Position numbers and translations under genes: made by a program. From the NCBI GenBank assembly GCA_964016885.1, contig OZ024743.1, positions 11,222,001-11,286,000 on the forward strand: DNA of 64,000 nucleotides, read 5' to 3'. The notes under the pieces were generated by a model. That model saw only the letters and a list, made by a program, of their open reading frames with translations. It was not told where the DNA came from and searched no databases. This stretch comes from Eledone cirrhosa (Eukaryota). Positions 1 through 11,878 of the stretch are shown here, piece after piece (the stretch's first letter is position 1; each line of letters starts with the position of its first letter).

Positions 1-2370
1 GCTGGCCTTTCATTGTGACTTTAAGCAAAACACCCCATTCTATGGTTTTAATTTCCATAGTTATGTAGAATATGCGCCAGACTTCCACTTAAAGTTACGT
101 CAAAAAATTGTTTAAAGAAGCGGAACACTCTTGATGTCAGGGTCCTATGTACATGTGGTGACGTCAGACCATGGTATGGTGTCTGTAGGCCACATGAGAT
201 ATGCCTACAATTGGTATGGGCCTATGATTGGGGCGAGGGTTACTCGCTTCAATTTCAAGTTCTTTTATTCTGTTCAGGTTCCTGTATGTACATTGCATGC
301 TCTGCATATATATATATAGATTCATCACAGGCAAATACTGTATTAAAGGTCGAGTGACACAACTTCGAGAGATTAGCGGCCTTTAGACTCACCTGATCAA
401 TGAAACAATTGTTAATACTTGAAATAAAGCCCCTTGTTGTACAGCCGACTATGTTATTCTTCAATCTTTCACTATATATATATATATGTGTGTGTGATGT
501 GAGAAAAGCCACAAACCATCCATCTCAATTCTACTTTTGAAAAGCAGAAGAACTGCGAAACCGGTAAAGGAACCAAATAAATATATATTAAAAAAAAAAA
601 AGACTCCAGTTGCATTTTCGATTTCATCTTTTTTCCTTATATATATATATCTCTCCATAGCCCATGCATAAATTATACATATTTATCGCTGATTACTAAA
701 ATACATAATGATCAGTTTGAAATAGAGCCTACATTTCACATAGGCTTGTTCCTCCTACCCACTTTTGTGTGTGGTAGGCTACATTTTATATTTGGTCACA
801 ACCAAACACCAGTTTTTATGGATCTGCATGCGAGGGTCGCATGAAGAATAACCTTTTACTTTAATAACAATGTTTATACATAGATAAATCAATAAGGGAA
901 ACACATGTAATATATAAGTATTATACTCGCATTCCATTTCCATATCTACAATATTGTCTGCCTTAATAAACAGATCAGAGTTTAAATGAAGTTCACTGAT
1001 CGACAGAAAATAACTAACCTGCACGATAAAATGTATCTATTGTATAAAAACGTGATATACATGTTTATATATACTTATATTATACTTAAAGGCTGTCATA
1101 GTGACAGGCTCTCACTATATGCAAACGACCACTTCCAGCCGATGTTTTCTGCTTTGCTCTATACAAATAAGCATCTCTAGCAAGTGATATTCACACAAAC
1201 CTCTTTATAGACTAAAATCTAGTTCATGCCAGTACGTTTTGAGTGAGTTTCACTGATGAATTTTGAAACAGCGCGCTGTCTGACATCCTCAGAACATACC
1301 GCCAAGGAAAATAGAGGAAAATTTATATTTTTTTATTCGGTAGCGAAGCTAACCATATAAGTTTATATATGTTTATATATACATCTCTATTATGCTTAGA
1401 CGCTGTCATAGTGCTACCGCCAATTAAAGTATATTTTATATTACTTTGATAATTGAAATTAACTGGCGGAAATTCGTAATGTAATTTTTATAAACTGCCA
1501 CGTTTTGCTGAAGAATCTTTCATAAAATGAGAACCAAACTACATGCCAACCTTTCGGTGTATATTTATTTCAGTATTTTCGGAAACAATAAAAAAGTTAT
1601 TTTATCACATAAATGATTTCCTATCTCCACCTCTGTTTTTCTTTTCTTTCTTTTCTGTCTCATCCCCATCATTCTCATTTTTGTCACCATTATTTAAGAC
1701 GCTATGCCCCTTAATCTTTCTTCGTGGCTGGTTAATTTCACCGCTGACCCCGCTTCTTTTCTTTAACTATAGATGGATGCAAACCCATCTCCACCCATTA
1801 AAGTATTTCTTTCCCAGAAAATGTATCTGATTGCAGATAATTCTGAGCCTAAGGTCTAGCCTGTTCCTTATCTCTTCCCCACTAGTCCGTAAAATATAAA
1901 ATTAAAACCTTTTCAGATAATATAAGCGACACACAGATGATTTACGATTATTACATAGAGACGTAAATTGCTAAATATATTCGTCTGTTGAACAGATTCT
2001 TGTTAAGATTACAAACATCGCCAATGGAGTTTTGTTGTTCATTTTTGTTTTTATGAATTCATTTCTCTTTTGTCAAATAAAAGAAATGGAAACGGAAACT
2101 CTGTTCTTACATGAACTCCTGAATCAATCCTTTAGCTCAATGATATATCAGTCATGGAGGTGAAAGCATAATTAATAAGAAAAAACATTGAAAAAGCGAA
2201 AGTATATTCAGAAATGTGACAAACGAAAAAATTACTATTATTGGTCAGGATGATGGTGATGACGATGAGGAGTTCAGACGCATTATCATCAGCAGCAGTG
2301 ATAGCATGAGGTTGTATTATTGGAGCAATAGGGAACGTCAGAATTGGTAGAATCTTGTAGTATAGCATCG

Positions 2371-2480
2371 CAAGCTGGAATGGCTTTTCAAGCGCGTCTC
2401 TCTCTTCATCCTCCGGGGAAACGCCTTCTCTACTCTGTCCGTCGGGCCGCGGGACGGCCAGTGCGCGGGCCCCCAATAGC
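2371..2480 (+). pseudogene. Fragment of the C-terminus of a restriction-like-endonuclease non-LTR retrotransposon (CRE-like)
   Basis: Translates LEWLFKRVSLFILRGNAFSTL, nearly the same as the fragment at 25295-25500 (EWLFPFISLTILRGNAFSIL). The qRlS..i.RGNA motif ends RLE-type ORFs. Confidence 0.6.
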
Positions 2481-2961
2481 GAGAGATAGGGAGAGCGGAA
2501 GAGACGGAGGCGATGACAGGGGGAATTTGGTTCTTTTGTGTTTGGATATATATGTGTATATGTGAGAGAATGAGCATTTGATAGTATCTATATTTTTTCA
2601 CAAGTTTACTATTGTGGTATTTAGTTATGTTCTAAGTTTGAATCGCACCGTAGTTTACTATACGGTTTCCATCCTTCTTGGTATCTGTCAAATAGAGAGA
2701 TCGATTAAATTACCTATACGCCTCTTCCAACATATCTTACCATTCTTCAGTATGAGACAGATTGATTTAATCGGCAAGTATGTGTACGTATGTGTGTCTC
2801 CACGTCTATACGTATGTAACTTTTTACTGGTTTCAGTTATCGGACTACAGCAATATCCGGTGAAAACTTAATGGGTTTTATTCGACCCCACTACTAATCT
2901 CACTACAGTAATTATTTTATTGGTATCACTTTGTCGAATAGTTAAGCTACACACTCTCTCT

Positions 2962-3066
<105 letters not shown>

Positions 3067-3370
3067 TATCTATAACCTCAGGTTTTTACACAAATACAAA
3101 CATGGATACCTATATATGAATTTAATTAACTGCTGTCTCCACACAAGATAAACATTCGACACTATAAGTTCAAACCTTATCACATTTCCATCCGTTTAAA
3201 GTTGTTTATGGTATCTTAGGGCTCCTATGTCCAGCATATCGATTTACTGAAAGAAATGAATGTCACCTATTTCAAATAAATAAAATCTGTATTGTTGACA
3301 ACTTTTAAATTAACTAATTGATTAAATAATTAATATTTCCTGCTCAGGATATATATATATATATATATAA

Positions 3371-4246
<876 letters not shown>

Positions 4247-4249
<3 letters not shown>

Positions 4250-4565
4250 TAATGAAATGAGAGGAGGCTGGATTTGTGTAAATCCTTGAAATGTTTATTA
4301 TACTATGATCATTTCAATGACCGGGTTCCGTATGAATCCGGTGATGTCATCAGGTATTCGAAATATAATAAGTGAATGTAATAGATAAAATCCTCGGGTC
4401 TTTGATTTTCAGCCCCATGGATTTTATCTATTACATTCACTTATTATATTTCGAATACCTGATGATATCACCGGATTCATACGGAACCCGATCATTGAAA
4501 TGATCATAGTATAATAAACCTTTCAAGGATTCACACAAATCCAGCCTCCTGTCATTTCATTATAA
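4247..4565. repeat. Long inverted repeat (arms about 147 bp, spacer about 25 bp), Penelope-like inverted pseudo-LTR
   Basis: 4247-4393 is the reverse complement of 4419-4565 with a few mismatches, and each arm contains a hammerhead motif. Confidence 0.9.
4455..4512 (+). ncRNA. Minimal type I hammerhead ribozyme (mirror copy on minus strand at 4300-4357)
   Basis: ATAC-CTGATGA-(stem II)-GAAA-T-GATC-A-TA-GTAT. Core boxes are intact, stem I is ATAC/GTAT, loop 3 is the palindromic GATC and the cleavage triplet is AUA. Confidence 0.7.
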
Positions 4566-4707
4566 TATTTAACTCCGTAATAGCACCACCAACTACAAAA
4601 ACAAAGACGGTTGAACTGCTTTACGTTGAGTACTCTCTATATTATTACATTGAGGTTGACCATACGGAATTGACCAGCTCTATCCAGTGGTGAATCTCAA
4701 ACCTGAA

Positions 4708-4760
<53 letters not shown>

Positions 4761-5103
4761 ATAAAGAATTTTTTCTCATATCAAAGTTTAATGGGCTTCC
4801 ACTGAAGATTTATAAGTACCCACCTAAATATATTCTTACATGAAAATATGTTAGGCTTCTACATAAACTGGAAACATTCTCCCAATTTGTAGAAAACTTA
4901 TAATGAAACAATTGTTTGGAAAGAGAGATATATTTTAACTTTAATTATATCTCATAAAATAATACAATTGGCTTTCCACAAAATACATATAGTTAGCACC
5001 CCAAACACTTAAATTGGGTTTATACTAACATAACCCAATGTTTGTTGAGTGAGATGGTTACCAGTCGGAGTTTAGCTTTAAGCTATCTCTGTTATTGTAT
5101 TAA

Positions 5104-5129
5104 ATTATATATATATAATATATATATAT

Positions 5130-5226
<97 letters not shown>

Positions 5227-5282
5227 TATTATATATATATATAATATATATATATTATATATATATATATTATATATATATA

Positions 5283-5327
<45 letters not shown>

Positions 5328-5362
5328 ATATATTATATATATATATATTATATATATATATG

Positions 5363-5393
<31 letters not shown>

Positions 5394-5435
5394 ATATATA
5401 TATATATATATTATATATATATATATATAATATAT

Positions 5436-5479
<44 letters not shown>

Positions 5480-5487
5480 ATATATAT
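5104..5487. repeat. Interrupted (TA)n tract
   Basis: Directly visible, with TTA/TAA phase shifts. Confidence 0.95.
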
Positions 5488-7335
5488 CATCATCATTATC
5501 ATCATCATCATCGTTTAACGTCCATTTTCCACGCTAGCATGGGTTAGACGGGAGTTGTCCCAATTTGAGTCAGGTTGGTCGGGTGACCGTGCCTCGCTCA
5601 TATAGGACTATCTGGCAGGTTTTCTACGGCTGAATGCCCTTCCTAACACCAACCACATTAACAGTGTGGAACTGGGAACTTTTTACCGTGTTACCTACAC
5701 GGCCACATTACAGCGTGTACTGTGTGTTTTTTGTCGTGACACCTACACAATCTCGATCTCATTATCTCATTTATTTGGACTGGATGTTGTGGTACCAACT
5801 TTACAGACAGAGTGTGGTGTTGGTGGGAGTGGGAGGATAGGGTAGGGTTAGTGGATTGTGGTGTATATTTGGTTAAGCGGTGCCTACTGACTGTTGGTTT
5901 CGCTTTGTACATAGGCAATGCGGGTCTTCTGTATTACTGCGTAGCGCCAAAGATCTCGGTCCAGTGACATTGTCTTAGAGAGGTGTAAGTGTGTAAGGTC
6001 GTAAGTGTGTAAGGTCGCAAGTGTGTAAGTGTGTTAGATCGTCCCAGGTTTTTCTGGGTCTACCTACTCAGTAACTACCATCAATTTTGATCGCCCTGCA
6101 CTTTTTTATACAGCTGTCGTCTTTTCATGCGCATCACGTGGCCATACCAACGTAGTCTTCTCTCAAGTAAACAGCATCTGATACCTCTTATTCCTAATTT
6201 CTCAATTAGTTCATTTATGCTTTGCCGTTCACGTATATTACTATTACACATCCAACGGAGCATGCAAGCTTTGTTCCTTTCCAGTCTGCGCAGGTCTTCT
6301 GCACGTAATGCTCATGTCTTATTGCCATGTAGCATGTTCGTATACAAGCATCATACAATCTGCCTTCCATTTTTAGAGAGAAACCTTTTGTGGCCAACAG
6401 CGGTATAAGCTCGCTGAACTTTTTCCATCCCGTTCTGACTCTGGTTACTGTACTTTCAGAACACCCTCCTCCACTGCTGATTTCGTCACCCATGTAACGG
6501 AAAGTGTCTACAATTTCTATAAAACCATCTGGGCAATAGAAGGAGCTAGTATCCTGTGGACACTTGCTACTTATTGCACCTGAGCATTGGCCATATATAA
6601 AGTCTACGCTCTTAGATAGTTTACCTGTGATCCTACTACATCTTTTATGTACCTATACTTTGCATTTGGGACATAAAATGGAATTTCTGCCTACTCCTTT
6701 CCTACACACTGAGCATGGCCATTTCCCTGAGGGCACCTGTGCCCTATTTTCCTTTCTACAAACTAGAACTTTAGTCTTAGACAAGTTAACTTTAAGGCCT
6801 TTTGATTCTAGGCCATGCTTCCATGTTTCGAATTTCTTCTCTAGTTCAGCCATTGATTCAGCTATGAGCGTTAGATCATCTGCGTATAGGAGTTCCCATG
6901 GGCAGCCGGTCTTGAACTCCTCTGTTATAGCCTGAAGGGCAATAATAAATAGGAGGGGGCTAAGGACAGAACCTTGATGAACACCAACCTTTACACTAAA
7001 TTTTTCACAATATTCAATTACTGATTGTTTCATTATACATAGCTTGTATAGCTCTCACAAGCCATTCATCTACACCTAGTTTTCTAAGAGCCCACCAGAT
7101 AATGGAGCGGAGGACTCTGTCAAAGGCTTTCTCCAGGTCTACAAAAGCTAAGTAGAGGGGTTTACTTTTAGCTAGGTACTTCTCTTGTAGTTGTCGTACA
7201 AGGAAAAGAGCGTCTGTTGTACTTTTACCTGACACAAACCCAAACTGCATTTCATCTAGATCAATTCGCTCTCTGATTAGTTGCGCTATAACTCTTTCTG
7301 TGACCTTCATGACCTGGTCAACTAACTTTTCGCAG
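5487..7335 (-). mobile_element. 5'-truncated, frameshifted RTE-type LINE with (ATG)n tail
   Basis: Consecutive ORF pieces give AFVDLEKAFDRV, GVHQGSVLSPLLF, YADD, a Cys-rich insert (WPCSVCRKGVGRNSILCPKC) and RRLRWYGHVMR. The (CAT)n at 5487-5512 marks the 3' tail. Confidence 0.9.
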
Positions 7336-8094
7336 CAACGCACATCGTATTTATTTTCCAAGACTCAGATATCCCACCCTTTTCAGTACTTTGAATCTTT
7401 CTCTTTTATTAGTACAAAGCCAAATCTATTAGAGACCTACGCTATTATATCACTTATCAATGACTTTTCCCACTCTTGAGAAATTTGGTGTTCTGAGACA
7501 AGAAATTTTGGAGTGAGGACAATGCCATGGCAAAGACGTCTATTTATGCGGAAACACGTATCTGTGATATCCGTTGCCTTCAAAATATAAACAAAACGCT
7601 TTTTTTTTCCTTTGGGCATGTTAATTCATTGATATTTAATTGTACATTCCTTATTTAGCAATCACTACCATGTTGTTTTTTTGTTGTTGTTTTTCTATAC
7701 CCACTGCCTACAACAGATATTTTGATAAATTTAGAAATTTATCGTGTATGGCATTTAAAACAAATCCATGGACTTTGTGTTATTCTCATTTTAATTAAGG
7801 AGATCACTTTTTGCTAAAAATGTTCTCAATACTTTTGTATATGTCAAAATATTTATATCTATTTCGTGGCGAGAAGACTCGTGCAAGGCAGATGATGCCT
7901 GTTGAGACAGAAACATGTGCTCTTGTTGTACCTTGCCTCCTAAATAGAGAACAAAAACTTGTTCTCCAGGCATGTGAATCCATTGAAATTCTTGAAAATA
8001 TCTCCCTCTCACATACATAGTTGCTAATGATAATCGATATTTTTTTAATTACATAAGAATTTATTATGTACGGTTTTCAGTAAACTGAGCTAGC

Positions 8095-8203
<109 letters not shown>

Positions 8204-8440
8204 TTCTTTATTAGCCACAGGGGCACAAAAGAAGGGGACAAATACAAAGGGGGAAGTTTACATACAATAAAAACGTGTAAAATGTTATCACAGATGGAAT
8301 TTAAAAGTTAGTCGATTTTCCCCAATAGAGGGAGACAGTTTATATGGGTAACACATACCCCCGAAAAAAAATGTGCAACCCTCATCTCCAGGAGTACGAA
8401 GAGCTTGTACTCCTTTCCTCTCCTCCTCCTTTTCCTCAAC

Positions 8441-11400
8441 CTACAGGCTGATATAGAGAGAAGGCCCATTCACTCGGGCCATTCTCGCCACTTTCACCCA
8501 CCTTTCATAAAACTTGCTGGGGTACAGCACCTCTCTCTCCATCCTGATTCTTCTTCCAAAGTGGTATTTGAAAAAAAGAATCAGTTGTTGGCCGGAGAGA
8601 AAGGTGTCTGACCTCAGCCCTTTCAACCTTGTCCACCATACAACCTCTTTCGCCATAGCTATCACACAAAGGAAAACCGCCTCTCCTTCGTTTTTGAAGG
8701 AGGGTGGCGGTTTGATCATGACAATGGACTCGGTGGTCAACTGGATTGGTCCCACCCGCGACAATAGTCGTTCTACATAGCCCCACAGGTCAGTGACGCC
8801 CGGGCAGTGTATGAATGCGTGCGCGACGGTTTCTTCGTCTCGCACGCACCTCGGACAGATCTTTTTTGCAGGGTCCCTGCCCGGGCGCCCATGTTTGTAG
8901 AGCTTGTCTCGAACTGGTAGAGCTCCTCGGTAGCACTGCCAGGCCAGGGACTTTTGGAAGTTGTCCATCGGTCTCGGGCGGAAGGTCCTACCGAACAGAC
9001 TGGCCAGTTCATCTTCCTCCACGCCTAGAGTTTCACCGAGCGCGTCGTCGCACTTGCTGCGGACCAACCCTCTATAGAATGACGAAGTGGAGTCTCCACT
9101 GATCGCCGGGTCCGCCTGCCAGAGGGCTGTGAGCGCCTGAGCACATTCGATGTGCCAGTCGCCCATTTTCCTCGGTCTCTGCTTGACCCAGGACTGCAGC
9201 TCGGTCAGCGAGACGAGTCGTGGGAAGGCTCGCCTCACGAACGGGGCCCACACCGGTTGTCCGGTGAGGAATACGTAGAGATGCCGCAGCCTGAGCGCGT
9301 GTTTGCGCATCGTCAACCACGGCATCCCCAGCCCTCCGTTAGAAGGGTGTTGGCAGCAGATGGATCTTCTTACCAAAGAAGCCCGCCTCTTCCAAAGGAA
9401 TCGGAAGAGGGCGCGCTCCATTTTGGCGAGCGTTTTGGCTGGACAAGGCACGACGGTCAAGCGGTAGTAGATGGCGGACGCTATAAAAGTGTTCGCCACC
9501 TCCGCTCGACCTTTCAAGGATAGTTTGCACTCGGCCCACTTCTGGGTGAGTGCAAACACCTTGGCCGTCACTTCGTTCCAGTTCTTCTCCACCTGGAGGT
9601 CCGGACCAAACCAGACCCCGAGCAGCTTTACCGGTCCTTCCGTCCAGCGTCCGACGACGCCATCGGAAGGCATCGGTCTGCCTCTCCACGATCCGAGTTG
9701 CAAACCGATGGACTTGTCCCCGTTCAGCTTCGCTCCTGTGAGACTTTCGTATTCCTTTAGTAAGGTGCCGACTTCCTCGATTTGCGAGGCGCTCGACACC
9801 ATTACTGTCACGTCGTCGGCGTAGGCCGACGCCGCTTTCCGCAGTACCGGTTCCAGAGGGATGCCCTGCAATAGCTCCAGCTTCCGCAGTAGTGGCTCGA
9901 GAGTCAGTACGTACAGAAGGGAGGAGAGAGGGCATCCCTGTCGAATGGATCGCGTAATATGGAACGGCTCCGAGAGGTAACCGTTCACCTTGACCCTTGA
10001 GCAGATGTTGCTGTTGTGCATTGCAGCAATCCAGCCCCTGAACACGGGTCCGAAGCCTGCCGCCTCGAGCACCGCATCCAGGTAACGATGGTCAACCCTA
10101 TCGAAAGCCTTAGACTGATCCAAGTTGATCAGGGCCCCACCGAAGCCGGGTTTACACCCTACCCTCTCTATGATGTATCGCATGAGGTGGAGGTTGTCGT
10201 GTATGGACCTGGTCGGGATCGCGCATGTCTGCGCTTCTCCCACCAGGTTCTCGACGACAAGCGCCAGCCTCTTTGCCAACACTTTGGCCAAAATCTGTAA
10301 CTCTGTGTTTAGCAGAGTTATGGGCCGGAAGTTGCCTATGTCATCCCCCTTATTCTCGTCCTTCCTGATTAGTGTGACCACGCCCCCGGTTACAGAACTG
10401 GGAATTCTCCCGTTCTGTTGCCAGTTGCAGTAGACCGCTTCCAGGAGACCGGAGAATAAGTCCGGCATTGCTACGTAAAATTCGTAGGGTAGACCGTCGA
10501 GACCTGGAGATTTGCGTTTGCCGCATTGGCTCAGCGCGTCCCCTATCTCAGTGGCTGAAATCGGCTTTTCGCAGAACTTCGCCTCACTGTCCGAGAGTCG
10601 CGGTAGGCCGTCGAGGTATGGACCGAAATCCATAGCCTCTCCCGGTGCGCCGCTCCCCCCGAACAGCCGAGCAAAGTGCCGCTGAAAAGCCGCACACATC
10701 TGCTTCGGCTCACGTATCACGCGTCCGTTTTGGTCCTTCAAAGACCGAATCGTGGACTTGTTGCCACTTTTTGCCTCCGTCACTCGGGCCCAGCTAACAG
10801 CTTTGGCTACCTCGTTTCCCAGAGCACGTATTTTGCTTCTGACAACGCAGCCTTCGTGCTTTGCGTCGAAGAACTGGTCCAAGGCCGTTCTCGTTGCTAG
10901 CACGCTGGCTACGTTGCCACTTCTAATTGCCTCTTCTACTTTATCTACCAGTTCCTTCTCGGTTCTATTTCTATCTAACGCTAATTCTTTACTAAAAACT
11001 ATCGAGTCTAATCTAACTGCCCTCTTGAGAGAGTACCACCATCTGTTGTTGACAATGGCCCCTGTCAAGTGCTGTTTAACTAAAGTGCTAATCCGTCTAC
11101 TGTAGGCTTTGCTTGTCGGTAACGACAAGTTCAGCTTCCAGTAGCCGGGTCCTTGTCTATGGGTTCTATCAAGGTTGGCCATGCAGGTCACTAGTTTGTG
11201 ATCTGAATAGGCAACCATGAACATTTGTGGACAGCTTAACATGTCCCTATCCTTATTTCTAACTAGAACCCTATCTAGGTACGATCTAGATGTTCCGCTA
11301 CGATTACTCCACGTCCACAGTGGCGCAGTCGGAAAATCTAGTCGATATCTATCGGCCAGGTCAAATCGGTCGATTAACTGTTTGAGGCTGTTACACCCCC

Positions 11401-11878
11401 CTTTTTCGGGACATGCTCCCACATAGTCCCAACGTGCATCTAGGATTCCATTCCAGTCCCCCACTAAAAGCAAGGAGCGGGACGTTCCCAGAAAAGTCTC
11501 TAGACGTTTGAAGAAGTCTGGCCGCGGTGTCCCGGATGGGGCATATGCGGCCACCAGCCTGAAGGCTCCACCTTCACTACCGTCAACGTCTAGGACCACC
11601 AGTCGACCCTCCGGGTCCAGATGTACCGTCTGTGTTACGAGGCCCAGGTGTTTCCGCAGCAAAACGGCAACTCCGCCCCCACCCCCCGGTTGACAGAGAG
11701 ATGCGTAGATCTCAAAGTCATCGAAGATGGGGGCCAGCTGTCGCTCGCCGTGGATCCTGGACTCGCAAATGGCTACCACATCCAAACTGTGCGACCTGAG
11801 GTCGTTTAAGAGTTTGCCCTGTTTCCAGGGCATCCCCAGGCCGCGTACGTTCACACATCCAACTCTTATATTGACTAT
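8441..11878 (-). CDS. ORF2: AP endonuclease, reverse transcriptase and C-terminal zinc finger. No AUG; the homologous start position is ATA.
   Basis: NVRGL, GDWN, SYLDR, YSDH (APE); FRPITLLN, DQSKAFDRV, QGCPLS, YADD (RT); CPRC..ETVAHAFIHC. The frame stays open upstream of the tracked GTG to ACC AAC ATA GTC, matching ACC AAC ATG GCT in copy 2. Confidence 0.92.
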   Translation of the reverse strand: MVNIRVGCVNVRGLGMPWKQGKLLNDLRSHSLDVVAICESRIHGERQLAPIFDDFEIYASLCQPGGGGGVAVLLRKHLGLVTQTVHLDPEGRLVVLDVDGSEGGAFRLVAAYAPSGTPRPDFFKRLETFLGTSRSLLLVGDWNGILDARWDYVGACPEKGGCNSLKQLIDRFDLADRYRLDFPTAPLWTWSNRSGTSRSYLDRVLVRNKDRDMLSCPQMFMVAYSDHKLVTCMANLDRTHRQGPGYWKLNLSLPTSKAYSRRISTLVKQHLTGAIVNNRWWYSLKRAVRLDSIVFSKELALDRNRTEKELVDKVEEAIRSGNVASVLATRTALDQFFDAKHEGCVVRSKIRALGNEVAKAVSWARVTEAKSGNKSTIRSLKDQNGRVIREPKQMCAAFQRHFARLFGGSGAPGEAMDFGPYLDGLPRLSDSEAKFCEKPISATEIGDALSQCGKRKSPGLDGLPYEFYVAMPDLFSGLLEAVYCNWQQNGRIPSSVTGGVVTLIRKDENKGDDIGNFRPITLLNTELQILAKVLAKRLALVVENLVGEAQTCAIPTRSIHDNLHLMRYIIERVGCKPGFGGALINLDQSKAFDRVDHRYLDAVLEAAGFGPVFRGWIAAMHNSNICSRVKVNGYLSEPFHITRSIRQGCPLSSLLYVLTLEPLLRKLELLQGIPLEPVLRKAASAYADDVTVMVSSASQIEEVGTLLKEYESLTGAKLNGDKSIGLQLGSWRGRPMPSDGVVGRWTEGPVKLLGVWFGPDLQVEKNWNEVTAKVFALTQKWAECKLSLKGRAEVANTFIASAIYYRLTVVPCPAKTLAKMERALFRFLWKRRASLVRRSICCQHPSNGGLGMPWLTMRKHALRLRHLYVFLTGQPVWAPFVRRAFPRLVSLTELQSWVKQRPRKMGDWHIECAQALTALWQADPAISGDSTSSFYRGLVRSKCDDALGETLGVEEDELASLFGRTFRPRPMDNFQKSLAWQCYRGALPVRDKLYKHGRPGRDPAKKICPRCVRDEETVAHAFIHCPGVTDLWGYVERLLSRVGPIQLTTESIVMIKPPPSFKNEGEAVFLCVIAMAKEVVWWTRLKGLRSDTFLSGQQLILFFKYHFGRRIRMEREVLYPSKFYERWVKVARMARVNGPSLYISL

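Noticed and set aside
9152-11809. Recurrent antisense ORFs inside ORF2 (similar in copies 2 and 5)
   Set aside because: They are shadows of the conserved GC-rich RT coding strand and carry no independent motifs.
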